From Candidatus Poribacteria bacterium (GTDB taxonomy: Bacteria; Poribacteria; WGA-4E; WGA-3G), in contig CAXXUA010000003.1 in the NCBI GenBank assembly GCA_963663765.2, positions 256,001-320,000 of the forward strand: 64,000 nucleotides of DNA. Reading direction: 5' to 3'. Of this stretch, positions 19,531 through 29,701 are shown one piece after another; the stretch's first letter is position 1; every line of letters starts with the position of its first letter. The position numbers and the translations under genes were made by a program. The notes below the pieces were generated by a model, which had not been told where the DNA came from, did no database searches, and saw nothing but the letters and a program-made list of their open reading frames with translations.

Positions 19531-22500
19531 CTAACCGAGTGTCGCACCGAGTTTCGCAACACGACTTTCAAGTTCTGTCAAGAATTTCTGATAGATATCC
19601 GAGTTCTCCGGGATGTCACCCGGTTTCTGTGATACTTCAAAAAGAAGCGGTTCCCCAAAAATAATCTGAATCGGATGTTTTTTCGGAATTCCTTGTCCTT
19701 TCGGAAGAACTTCATAAGCACCCTTTATGTACGTAGGGATGATCGGAACTTGCTGTCCATAAATCAGCAAACTAAGAATCCCAGGTTTGAAAGGCTGCAG
19801 TGTTCCATCAAGCGACCTTGTGCCTTCTGGGAAAATCAGTAACCCATTATTCTGCTCTGTCACTTCATTTGCCATTCGTAAATCCTGCAGAAATTGTGTG
19901 AAATTACCATCACGTTCAATCGGAAGTGCATTGAGACAATTATGCGCGAACCAGCCCTGAATCTTATTACCGAACCAGTAATCCCGTGCAGCGAGCGTCC
20001 ATAAGCGATGTGATTCTTGTCCCAGCGCGGTGATAACCGTCAATGTGTCTAAATGACTCGTGTGGTTCGGTGTAATAATAAAAGGCTTACCTTTTGGAAT
20101 ATTCTCAAGTCCGATACATTCAAACGAGAATCGGTGACGATACAGACTTCGGATACCCGCCCGAAGCGCACGCGCATACCAATGCGGTTTTTCACGTAAT
20201 TTTAATGGTCTTGTTGTCCTTGTTGATTCCACACGATCTGATTTCTCAAAAGACTGCGATAACTCAACGACATCTTTGACTGTCTGCAAATTAGCAAGCA
20301 TTGAGTCAGGAATAGTCTGACCGAGTCGTGATTCAAGCAGCATTAGCAAATCAAGCCGTGTCAGTGAATCAAGTCCAAGGTCTATGTCCAAATCACTATC
20401 AAGGTGAATCTTGTTTGCAGGCATGCGTGCTAATTGTGCAAGCGGTTTTAAAATATCTTCTGGTATGTTTTCAGTTAGAATTGAATCAGAACGCTCGTTC
20501 TGCTGTTCAGATTCATCTTCCTCTGCAGTTTGTTCTTTAGCAAGGTAATCTGCTAATACTACTCTGACACGCACTCTATCAATTGTTCCATCTTCTGACT
20601 TTGGCAAAGCTTTTGAAAACAGATGTAATTTGTGAAATTGTTGATAACTTGGTAGCTGCTTCGCCACCAGTTGCAGATGTTCATGAACTTCTGTTTCAGT
20701 CGTTTCATCGTTTTTTGTTGGAACTATCACCGCATGCACTGCAGTGTCAGCACCGTCTTCATCAGGGATACCAACGACACACATCTCAGCAATAGCAGGA
20801 CTATTCTGATAGAGTGCCTCCATTTCAACGGGGTAGATGTTTTTGCCGGAAGCAGGAACGATGATGTCCTTACAGTGTCCAGTGATATAGAGATAACCGT
20901 CATCATCAATATATCCAAGATCCCCTGTATACAACCATCCGTCGCGAATTGCCTTCTCTGTAGCGTTTTGATTTTGATAATATCCCTTCATATTGCTGGG
21001 ACCTTTGGCTATTATTTCGCCAATACCATCGCTATCAGAATCTACAATCTGAAATTCCACGCCTTCCACAGGGGGACCAACAGATCCGCGTTTGCTTTTT
21101 TGATATGGGTTGACACTGAGAACTGGAGCCGTTTCGGTCATACCATAGCCTTGATAAAGTGTCAAACCTAATTTTTGGAATCCATCGTATGTCGCATCCC
21201 CAAGTGCAGCCCCGCCACTCACAAGAACCCGAATGTGTCCTCCCATAATTGTCTGTACTTTTTCTGCTAAGGTTTCTCCCGGTGTGTCATCACGCAATGC
21301 TTGTCGCTCAATAGTGCTTCGCAACATCTGAAACAGACGTGGCACACTGATAAATGCGGTCGTTTTATCTTCCCGCATCGTTCTTAGAAGTGTTGTAGGA
21401 CGAAATGCATTGACATACGTAGCAGTAGTACCGCTATAGAGTGCCATCAACAGACTGCATGAAAAACTGAGCGCATGATACAGCGGTAATGCAGACAAGA
21501 TACGCTCATCATCTGTAGGTGGCAGTGCCTTAGCAACAGCCTTTACGTTGGAAATGAATCCTCCATGTGTCAGCATTGCCCCCTTTGCGTCAACTGTCGT
21601 TCCCATCGTGAAAATAATAGATGCAACGGTATCAGGTTTAATCTCTACATCAGGAAAATCTGCTGGTATGTCCTCATTTGTATCAACAGTTTCGTGGAAC
21701 GTATTTATATTTTGCACAAGTGAATTAGTTTTAGTCAACTGTGTGCCTGACTGAGACAACACAGAATCGGATGCAAGGATCGCTTTTGCAGTCGTGAATT
21801 CAGCAATTGCAATAATTTCTTGAGTTGGTGTTTGTGCATCAAGCGGGACAACCACACAACCAATTTGCGATGCTGCAAGGTAAGCAATACACCATTCCGG
21901 TTGATTTTCCGAAACCAAAACAACCCGTTCCCCTTCACGTATACCGCACTGCCATAATTGGAATGCTGCTTGACGTGAACGTGTATAGGTTTCAGCATAG
22001 GTAAATCGTTCCCATTCGCCATCAGTAACCATCTGGAGTGCAATTTTATCGGGAATACGTTTTGACTGAATCTCAATTAAATCTACAATTGTTTTAGGTG
22101 AAATACTATCAATCGGATTCGGAGCGGGGTCAGGAAGTTCGTCTGCTTCCTCTTGCTGCGTTGATTCTTTCTGTTCTTGTGCATTCGCTGTTCCGTCATC
22201 AAGTTTTAGCACATGCCGTTTGATACCGGGAATGTGTATTTCTTGGAAATATTGCTGCCACTGAATTTGCGATACATCAAAACAGAACTGTTTCTGTTCA
22301 TCAGGAGAGAGAGAGTCGTAAAGTGCTTGCATCTTTCCAGTTTCAAATTCAAAGTTGGTTCGCGTGTAAGGGGCATAAATCCGAATGTAATGAAGAAGTG
22401 CTTTAATCCCACTCTGTTTGATTGTCAGTCTTCGTCGTTGGCGTTTAGCTGATTTCAGAGGCAGTATTGAAAGCACTTTTATTGCTCTAGCAAGCATCCG

Positions 22501-23817
22501 CATCTTGCCTTCCACCTTCTCTTGGAAATCCTCTAAACTGGGAAATGTCCAAACTGGAACTGCAATAGGTTTCCCATTTTCTATCATCGGATGTTCAGTA
22601 AAATACCCAGAAGTCGCGTCAACAATACCACGAAAATATAACGGATTCTGTGTACCTGTAGCCACATGATAGACTTCAATTCCGCCGCTTTTCGCTATTG
22701 CCTCGGCAGCAGCTAACATCGCATTCACAACAAAATCTACAGGTATAATGTCTAATATAATGTCAGGATTTGCGGGAAAGTCAGGGATACGTCCTTTCGC
22801 GAAACCGACAATCAACGGTTCAGACATCCGATACTTACCGAGCCAACCCGGATGCGGTTCAGCATGGCTACTTTCAATGATGGAAGGACGAATAATCGCA
22901 GTCGGAAGGTCACCTCGCATATCCATCACAACTTGCTCTGCAAGGAATTTCATGTAGGTATAAGTATCGTTCCATCCGCGAGATCGCGCATGCTGGAGTC
23001 CTGCCTCAACAAGTTCGGTTTCAACCCATTCTGCTTTCACTTCTTCGGTAAGTGACTCAAGGGTTTTTCGACTTGGTCGTTTATCCGCATCTAATTGTTT
23101 CTGAGCGATTTGCTGAAAGTGTGAATATTTTGCTGGTGTGTCCGCTTCATCTCTAATAGATTGACTTAATTTAAGGAGATAGTCAATTTCATCCGAAAGT
23201 GTTGCGGGGATTGTGTTTTCGTTTTTTTCATTATGTTGTTGTGCGAACTGCTCATAAGGTGGGTGCAGTTCCTCTGGAACATGCCCCGGTTTATCACCAC
23301 AGACATAAGCAGTAGAAACATGCAAATAAATAGCTTTGGAACACCCTTTAGCGAACGTCACCACATGTTTGGCAGCAAGCGCGTTCCCCTTTAACGACGC
23401 ATCAAATGGTGGATCAAAATCAACTAGACCTGCAATATTAATAAATATGTCTATTTCATCTTGGAGTCGTGTATAGTCTGCATCGCTAAATCCAAGACGT
23501 TCATCAGTAAGTTCTCCTTCAATAGCAGTAACTTTCTCTTTCGCCCAATCCTCAAACTTCGCACCGTGTGATTGACGCAACGCTCCAAAAACATCTGAGG
23601 TTAACAACTCGTTTTCAAATCGTTCTTGTGCAGAAGTAACTTTGCCATTTGAATCGATCCGGCTTCTAATAAGGAGATAAATTTGTTGGATGTCAGGGAG
23701 GGAAGTTAGTATCTTAGCAACCATCGGTTGCCCAAGGAAGGCGGTACCACCTGTAATCAGTAAGACCTTCCCACGAAAAAAATCGGTTATTGACATAATT
23801 TCCTTTGCAGATTTCAC
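19531..23817 (-). CDS. Multidomain lipid enzyme: fatty acyl reductase + AMP-binding domain + ACP + PlsC acyltransferase (ElbD-like)
   Basis: ITGGTAFLG/HVSTAYV/YTYMK/RPSII (FAR); QGYGMTE/GWLYTGDLG (ANL); LGLDSL (ACP Ser); NHTSHLD and FPEGTRS (PlsC). Confidence 0.85.
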   Translation of the reverse strand: MKSAKEIMSITDFFRGKVLLITGGTAFLGQPMVAKILTSLPDIQQIYLLIRSRIDSNGKVTSAQERFENELLTSDVFGALRQSHGAKFEDWAKEKVTAIEGELTDERLGFSDADYTRLQDEIDIFINIAGLVDFDPPFDASLKGNALAAKHVVTFAKGCSKAIYLHVSTAYVCGDKPGHVPEELHPPYEQFAQQHNEKNENTIPATLSDEIDYLLKLSQSIRDEADTPAKYSHFQQIAQKQLDADKRPSRKTLESLTEEVKAEWVETELVEAGLQHARSRGWNDTYTYMKFLAEQVVMDMRGDLPTAIIRPSIIESSHAEPHPGWLGKYRMSEPLIVGFAKGRIPDFPANPDIILDIIPVDFVVNAMLAAAEAIAKSGGIEVYHVATGTQNPLYFRGIVDATSGYFTEHPMIENGKPIAVPVWTFPSLEDFQEKVEGKMRMLARAIKVLSILPLKSAKRQRRRLTIKQSGIKALLHYIRIYAPYTRTNFEFETGKMQALYDSLSPDEQKQFCFDVSQIQWQQYFQEIHIPGIKRHVLKLDDGTANAQEQKESTQQEEADELPDPAPNPIDSISPKTIVDLIEIQSKRIPDKIALQMVTDGEWERFTYAETYTRSRQAAFQLWQCGIREGERVVLVSENQPEWCIAYLAASQIGCVVVPLDAQTPTQEIIAIAEFTTAKAILASDSVLSQSGTQLTKTNSLVQNINTFHETVDTNEDIPADFPDVEIKPDTVASIIFTMGTTVDAKGAMLTHGGFISNVKAVAKALPPTDDERILSALPLYHALSFSCSLLMALYSGTTATYVNAFRPTTLLRTMREDKTTAFISVPRLFQMLRSTIERQALRDDTPGETLAEKVQTIMGGHIRVLVSGGAALGDATYDGFQKLGLTLYQGYGMTETAPVLSVNPYQKSKRGSVGPPVEGVEFQIVDSDSDGIGEIIAKGPSNMKGYYQNQNATEKAIRDGWLYTGDLGYIDDDGYLYITGHCKDIIVPASGKNIYPVEMEALYQNSPAIAEMCVVGIPDEDGADTAVHAVIVPTKNDETTETEVHEHLQLVAKQLPSYQQFHKLHLFSKALPKSEDGTIDRVRVRVVLADYLAKEQTAEEDESEQQNERSDSILTENIPEDILKPLAQLARMPANKIHLDSDLDIDLGLDSLTRLDLLMLLESRLGQTIPDSMLANLQTVKDVVELSQSFEKSDRVESTRTTRPLKLREKPHWYARALRAGIRSLYRHRFSFECIGLENIPKGKPFIITPNHTSHLDTLTVITALGQESHRLWTLAARDYWFGNKIQGWFAHNCLNALPIERDGNFTQFLQDLRMANEVTEQNNGLLIFPEGTRSLDGTLQPFKPGILSLLIYGQQVPIIPTYIKGAYEVLPKGQGIPKKHPIQIIFGEPLLFEVSQKPGDIPENSDIYQKFLTELESRVAKLGATLG

Positions 23818-24004
23818 CTACAGGACGCAAAAACACGTCTGCTTTGATTGATTACACCACTTGCAGTACTGTGAAAGTCTATGCAGGACTTACACAGAAA
23901 CGAACGTATAGATCAAAGTGTTCAGGTAATTTTAAAAACTACTATAACATGTTCAGAATAAATTGTCAAGATTATTGCGATTTTGGACCATAGGTATTCA
24001 GTTT

Positions 24005-24141
24005 TATAGTAGATTTTAGAATTATTTTTACACTTTCAGGTGTAGGAGGGAACTCCGATTCCCGACTATCAAGACGTTCAGTCGCGATTCGGAGATCGCT
24101 CCTACAGAAAAAGTGTAAACTTAATTGTATATTTCACTATA
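24005..24141. mobile_element. MITE-like element, TATAGT-end family, with REP-like core
   Basis: TATAGTAG...TCACTATA ends; core GTAGGAGGGAACTCCGA...TCGGAGATCGCTCCTAC. Confidence 0.6.
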
Positions 24142-24423
24142 AACTCACATTCTAACATAAGTATCTAAAGGCATTCCCCGCCTACAAGAAAATGAATGGA
24201 TACGGAAATCGGGGTTGAAAACCCACTTACAAGAGTAAATTTAGACAGTTAATTTGGCGATTCTGTGTGACAGAACTTTACACACCCTTTTCATTTCTAT
24301 ATTTGCAATTGGTTAAAATATCTGCTAAAATCAAATCACGGTTCTGTTGAAGTAGTTGAATGAACTAACATTTTGTTTCACTATCCGAGAACAAACATCC
24401 TGAAACCATAAGAATACACTCCT

Positions 24424-26034
24424 ATGTATAAACGATTTAATCCCTTTTCCAACAAGTTTCTGATATTGTGTATCGGGATGTATTTATTTTCAATGTATCT
24501 CTGTCCTAATACTCTACATGCAGAAAACAGAGAAGAACTCATAGCCAATGTCCAATCTGAATCACTGATTTCGCATGTAAAATCACTGCAAGAAAACGTA
24601 TCGTATTATCCAACCCAAAAAACACATCGCACACGCAACGCCTATAATAGAGAAGCAACTGAAGGCGCTGTAGAATATATAAAAGGACAATTTCAAAGAC
24701 ACAAAAGGTTACAGGTAAGCGAACAGCATGTCGGCGGCAGCCGAAATGTCATAGCAGTACTTCCCCCAAAGGAGACATCTACAAGCAAACGTGTTTTCAT
24801 AGTCTGTGCACATTACGACACCAAAGCAGACCGAGAACCGAACTGGAATCCATTGGCTTCAATCGCACCAGGCGCAAACAAAAACGGCACTGGGATCGCA
24901 GCAATGTTAGAAATCGCCAGTATCCTTAGTCAATATGATTATGACCACGAAATTAAGTTCATCGCATTCGGTAGTGAAGAAATCGGGTTCCAAGGTAGCC
25001 GAAACTACGTCAATGCAGCATTACAAAACGACAGACCAAACAGTGAAGCACTCAAAAAAAAACTAACACCTGAGTCAGAAAAAATCGTGGCTGTCTTCAA
25101 TTTAGATATGATCGGTTTTAACTGGAAAAGCGATCTCGTTGAAGTAATTGCTAACAGAGAATCACTGTGGATCAGTCGTGCACTCACCATTTCCAATACA
25201 TGGTACAATATCGGATTGAAAATACGCAGAACACAGGACGAATTTGTAGACACTGCTTCACACAAAACATTCTGGGATGTCGGATATTCAGCCGTGACAC
25301 TCATTGAGAGTTCGACTCCATGGCGAAACTCACAAAACTACAATGCAAATCCTTACTACCATACCTACGCCGATACCGTTGATAAAATCAACTTCCAATT
25401 GGTAGAAAAGGTAACACAACTTGTCCTTGCCACCATAGATAGCCTACTCAATGATATGTTCCAACCAGAACGAGAGATACCTAAGATCACACTTGAGTTA
25501 CCTGAAGTCGTCAAACAGAACCCGTTGCAAATCACAGGAACATTTCAAGCAGACTTCCCAATAGATATAATTGTTCATCCCAGCAATGTTTTCGCGGAAT
25601 TAAACAAAGAGAAAAACACTTATACAGCAATGATTCCTTTGTCTCCAGGGAAAAACACTATACATGTTGTCGCACAATACCCACTCGGTGCAGTATCCGT
25701 GAAACAGACGACTGTTTTAGAAGAAGGCTTTTTATGGAAAAGTATTCTCGTATCACCAAATCCAGTACGCTTTCACAACCGCACAGAATTTCGGGTTGAG
25801 GCAAATCTGGATATAACTGAAATGAAGGTCGTCATATACGACGTGCGTGGCAGCCTCATAAAAAGAATTGATGGTGTCGGAGATAGACTTGACAAACGGA
25901 TATGGCGAACTTGGTGGAATCAACAAACTTCCTACGGTTTAGCCGTATCTGGAGGCGTATATGTATGTCAAATTTCCGTTGTGTCAAAAGACCAAACTTA
26001 TACGATCATAAAAAAACTAGCTATCGTGCGTTAA
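24424..26034 (+). CDS. Secreted M28-family peptidase-like protein with C-terminal FlgD/Ig-like domain
   Basis: AHYD, GSEE, LDMIG, YYHT motifs; C-terminal SPNP...IYDVRG.LIK...SGGVY..I. Confidence 0.82.
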   Translation: MYKRFNPFSNKFLILCIGMYLFSMYLCPNTLHAENREELIANVQSESLISHVKSLQENVSYYPTQKTHRTRNAYNREATEGAVEYIKGQFQRHKRLQVSEQHVGGSRNVIAVLPPKETSTSKRVFIVCAHYDTKADREPNWNPLASIAPGANKNGTGIAAMLEIASILSQYDYDHEIKFIAFGSEEIGFQGSRNYVNAALQNDRPNSEALKKKLTPESEKIVAVFNLDMIGFNWKSDLVEVIANRESLWISRALTISNTWYNIGLKIRRTQDEFVDTASHKTFWDVGYSAVTLIESSTPWRNSQNYNANPYYHTYADTVDKINFQLVEKVTQLVLATIDSLLNDMFQPEREIPKITLELPEVVKQNPLQITGTFQADFPIDIIVHPSNVFAELNKEKNTYTAMIPLSPGKNTIHVVAQYPLGAVSVKQTTVLEEGFLWKSILVSPNPVRFHNRTEFRVEANLDITEMKVVIYDVRGSLIKRIDGVGDRLDKRIWRTWWNQQTSYGLAVSGGVYVCQISVVSKDQTYTIIKKLAIVR

Positions 26035-26046
26035 TCAAAAAAACAT

Positions 26047-26075
26047 TAGACAAAAATAACTTTTTATGATATAAT
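26047..26075 (+). promoter_or_regulatory. Sigma-70-type promoter of the LamG gene
   Basis: TAGACA-17bp-TATAAT. Confidence 0.55.
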
Positions 26076-26133
26076 TTCTCTATATTTGAGTTAATAACAA
26101 AGGTTGATCGTATATTACAATAGGAGGCAATTG

Positions 26134-26925
26134 ATGAAAATTTACGCTATCATAGGAATACTTGTATGTCTAAGTCTTGGATTTATAGTCGCATTAACCG
26201 AGGCAGCGATTGACCCAGATACAATCGTCGGGGTCTGGTTATTTGACGACGGTCAAGGAGATACCGCAAGCGACTTATCTGAAAATGAACTTCATGGCAC
26301 ACTTCAAGGAGACCCACAGTGGGTTGATGGAAAATTTGGCAAAGCATTGGAATTAGATGGTGTAGGAGCTTACGTTGAACTACCTGCCCATGAGAATCCA
26401 CGCGATGCTATCACTGTCTCTTTATGGGTAAAAAGTAAAACGGAAAATTGGAATAAACACGGTTTTATGCTAGAGAAACGGGACGCTTTTATTGTCCATC
26501 CGGTGACTGATACCAAGAATGTTGGATGGGCACTCTGCAATGGAGCTTGTTGGAATAAACCCCAAAATTGGAATACGAATGCCGCAGGACCTAATGTCAT
26601 TACAGAATGGCACTTGTATACTTTTACTTTTGACAGCAGTTCAGGGGATTGGAAAATCTACGTTGATGAAGAAGAAGTGAGCGCAATGGTCCTTGACAAT
26701 GTTCAAATTAATGAAGATACAGGGCCCGCCTTCATAGGAAGAGATACTTGCTGCGACGATAGGTTCGGAAATGTCTTTATTGATGAAGTCGCAATCTTCA
26801 ACGTCGCATTAGAACAAGATGAAATTGCGTCAATGGCCAATTCTGGTTTAGCTCCCATTGTCGCTTCTGTGGAAGCTGAAGGAAAAATGACAACGACATG
26901 GGGAAAGGTAAAGACCAAATATTAA
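26134..26925 (+). CDS. LamG-like jellyroll domain secreted protein
   Basis: Signal peptide, W.FD.G.G..A.D.S, WVDGKFGKALE.DG, IDEVAIFN; C-terminal VEAEGKMTTTWGKVK; start behind AGGAGG. Confidence 0.9.
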   Translation: MKIYAIIGILVCLSLGFIVALTEAAIDPDTIVGVWLFDDGQGDTASDLSENELHGTLQGDPQWVDGKFGKALELDGVGAYVELPAHENPRDAITVSLWVKSKTENWNKHGFMLEKRDAFIVHPVTDTKNVGWALCNGACWNKPQNWNTNAAGPNVITEWHLYTFTFDSSSGDWKIYVDEEEVSAMVLDNVQINEDTGPAFIGRDTCCDDRFGNVFIDEVAIFNVALEQDEIASMANSGLAPIVASVEAEGKMTTTWGKVKTKY

Positions 26926-26957
26926 ATGTAGATTGGGTTTCACATACTCAACTCATA

Positions 26958-27090
26958 GGTGTCAACTTAAGGGCAACTTTCTTGTGGGAGGGGTTTTCAA
27001 CCCCGATTTAACAATTTGAATACTGTATAATCGGGGTTAAAAACCCCCTCCCACAAGAGAAAGAACAACATTTTCTCTTTAGTTTACACC
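26958..27090. mobile_element. MITE-like element, GGYGTCAA-end family
   Basis: GGTGTCAACTTAAG ... TAGTTTACACC with GTGGGAGGGG..AACCCCG hairpin pair. Confidence 0.6.
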
Positions 27091-27197
27091 AATAGGGTTT
27101 CGCAAACTCAACCCGACCTACGAAATAATGTTCTATTATCACATAAAAATGGTATAAGTAGTAACTTAGGTTTATAATTAAAAAAGGAGTTATCGTT

Positions 27198-27470
27198 TTG
27201 CATAGATTATCAGCAAAGAAACATGTTCGCGCAGATGCAAAAAAACGCGACCGGAACAGACATCGTAAAACAACACTTAGAACATCACTTAAAAACGCAG
27301 AACTTGCACTACAAGAAGGTGATGTGGAAACAGCACAGCAATTGTGTAAAACAACCACAAGCCTACTTGACAGGGCAGCAAGTAAAGGTGTTATTAAAAA
27401 GGGCACAGCGAATCGTCAAAAATCACGAATCACTCGCAAGTTGAACTCACTCATAACACAGACTGCCTAA
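27198..27470 (+). CDS. rpsT: 30S ribosomal protein S20
   Basis: SAKKHVR...RNR..K..LRT..K, LDRAASKGVIKK..A.R.KSR; TTG start behind AAGGAG. Confidence 0.95.
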   Translation: MHRLSAKKHVRADAKKRDRNRHRKTTLRTSLKNAELALQEGDVETAQQLCKTTTSLLDRAASKGVIKKGTANRQKSRITRKLNSLITQTA

Positions 27471-27660
27471 CATAAATACTACAACCTATCTCATAATTCG
27501 TAGGAGGGGTTTGTAACCCCGATTTACCGAACACGTGATCAAGTGAATTTGGGCAAAAATGCATTTATGAGATACACTGTACAATAAACAATTAGAAGTA
27601 GCAACATATAGGTAGGACAGAAACGCACACAATCAATCTGTAATATAGGGAAGATGTGAT

Positions 27661-29025
27661 ATGAATGCACGCGAAGCCGCATTGACATGTCTACTGCATC
27701 TTTCCGATGCAGTAGACATGTCAATTTCGTCCGTTGTTGACAAGGTATTTGAACAAACCAACCTAAACCATCGTGAACGTCGGTTAGCCAACGCTCTCGT
27801 CTACGGTGTTGTCCGTTGGCAACAACAACTGGATTGGGTGTTAGATAATTTCATCAATCCAAAGTTCCGATTAGATACAAAGCACCGTGCTATCCTCAGA
27901 CTCGGTACTTTTCAGTTGTTGCACCTTGATGGTATTCCTCCGCACGCCGCTATTTATGAAACTGTCCAACTTGTAAAAAATAGACGTAAGACCGCAGGCT
28001 TTATCAACGCAGTCTTACGTAACGTGCAACGTAAACGTTCAGAGTCATCCTATCCGTCACTTGAAACACACCCTGTAGAACATATATCTTACGCACTATC
28101 TTTTCCTAAATGGTTAGTCAAAAGATGGATTGAGACACACGGACTGCATTGGACACTTAAGTTCTGTCAAGCAAGTAATCAGGAAGCACCTCTTACCCTC
28201 CGAACAAACACACTACAAACAGATCGTGATAAGCTATGCAAAGAACTAAAGGAGTGTGGATATTCTGCCATTCCAACAAAACTTGCCCCTGAAGGAATTG
28301 TAATTGAAAGCCAAACTACCACAAACGATCAAATTCCTTCTCACCTCTCTGTCACATTGAAAGATATACTCAATCGCAAAGATCTTTATGTACAAGATGA
28401 AAGTGCAATGTTAGTTTCGAACCTGTTGAAACCTGAATCATCGAAATTAGTGGTGGATTTGTGCGCAGCTCCAGGAGGTAAAACAACACACATTGCTTGT
28501 TTGATGGGAAATTCAGGAAAGGTTATCGCTGTAGATATTTCCGATAAAAAACTTGTAATATTACAGGAGAATTGCAAACGACTCGGTGTCAATAACGTTG
28601 AATTCCGAACAATAGATGCAACAAAGACAGACTTCAGTTTTATCAACGCTGCGGATGCAGTACTTATTGATGTACCGTGTTCAGGGTTCGGCACACTCCG
28701 ACGGCATCCCGACATACGATGGAACAAGAATGCTAAACAAATTGCAGCACTCAATTACCTTCAATATCGTCTCCTAAAAAATGTTGCACCACACATAAAA
28801 AATAGCGGTGTCTTAGTGTACAGCACCTGCACAATTGAACCAAGTGAAAACGTGGGGGTTGTCCACCGTTTTCTGAAAAACTATCCGATGTTCACTATAG
28901 ATCATGCAAGTGATTTCTTACCCGATATTCCACAGAGTGCAATCACAACAGAAGGTTTTCTCCAGACATTCCCTCATGAACACGGAGTTGATGGCACATT
29001 CGCTGCGAGACTACGCCGAACCTAA
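27661..29025 (+). CDS. rsmB: 16S rRNA m5C967 methyltransferase
   Basis: NusB-like N-terminus, VQDES, DLCAAPGGKT, DVPCSGFG.LRRHPD, YSTCT. Confidence 0.95.
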   Translation: MNAREAALTCLLHLSDAVDMSISSVVDKVFEQTNLNHRERRLANALVYGVVRWQQQLDWVLDNFINPKFRLDTKHRAILRLGTFQLLHLDGIPPHAAIYETVQLVKNRRKTAGFINAVLRNVQRKRSESSYPSLETHPVEHISYALSFPKWLVKRWIETHGLHWTLKFCQASNQEAPLTLRTNTLQTDRDKLCKELKECGYSAIPTKLAPEGIVIESQTTTNDQIPSHLSVTLKDILNRKDLYVQDESAMLVSNLLKPESSKLVVDLCAAPGGKTTHIACLMGNSGKVIAVDISDKKLVILQENCKRLGVNNVEFRTIDATKTDFSFINAADAVLIDVPCSGFGTLRRHPDIRWNKNAKQIAALNYLQYRLLKNVAPHIKNSGVLVYSTCTIEPSENVGVVHRFLKNYPMFTIDHASDFLPDIPQSAITTEGFLQTFPHEHGVDGTFAARLRRT

Positions 29026-29034
29026 TCTAAACAG

Positions 29035-29664
29035 ATGATTGACTTTAATCTTTATGTCATTACAAACAGACACCTCTGTGCACCAAAGTCACTATTGACT
29101 GTCATATCTGAGATTTTAGATGTAGGTGTCAAAGCAATCCAGTTGCGCGAAAAACACTTAGACGATGTTGCTTTGTACAAGTTAGCACACCCCATTTCAA
29201 AGTTGTGTAGAACGAACAACGCGAGACTATTTATTAACACCAATGTACAAGTCGCAATTGATGTAAGAGCAGCGGGTGTACATCTCCCTGATGTTGATGT
29301 ATCTATAGCGGAAATAAAAGCACAATCGGACAGCGATTTTTTGGTTGGTTGTTCGGTACACAGTGTTGATACTGCTAAAAAACGTGAGGTGGAATGCGCT
29401 GATTTTCTAACCTACAGTCCGATCTTTCCTACAACAAGCAAACCCACTTACATACCAGCAGTTGGTATAGAAAACCTTAAGAAGTTAACAGCACAAGTCA
29501 AGTTACCTATATTTGCACTTGGCGGGGTAACGCCAGCACGCGTGAGTGAGTGTTTGAAGACAGGAGCATCAGGTATCGCAGTCATGTCTGGTATTATATC
29601 ATCAACAGATGCAGCAGAACACGCCAAGTCTTATCTTAGCGCGTTGAGTGAATATCAATACTAA
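29035..29664 (+). CDS. thiE: Thiamine phosphate synthase family (ThiE/TenI)
   Basis: LYVIT, IQLREK, GVHL, SVHS, PIFPT.SK, ALGG; usual ND replaced by NT, so it could be TenI-like. Confidence 0.7.
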   Translation: MIDFNLYVITNRHLCAPKSLLTVISEILDVGVKAIQLREKHLDDVALYKLAHPISKLCRTNNARLFINTNVQVAIDVRAAGVHLPDVDVSIAEIKAQSDSDFLVGCSVHSVDTAKKREVECADFLTYSPIFPTTSKPTYIPAVGIENLKKLTAQVKLPIFALGGVTPARVSECLKTGASGIAVMSGIISSTDAAEHAKSYLSALSEYQY

Positions 29665-29701
29665 AATACCGCTACATATTTTCAGAGAACCAAAAAATCT
29701 G

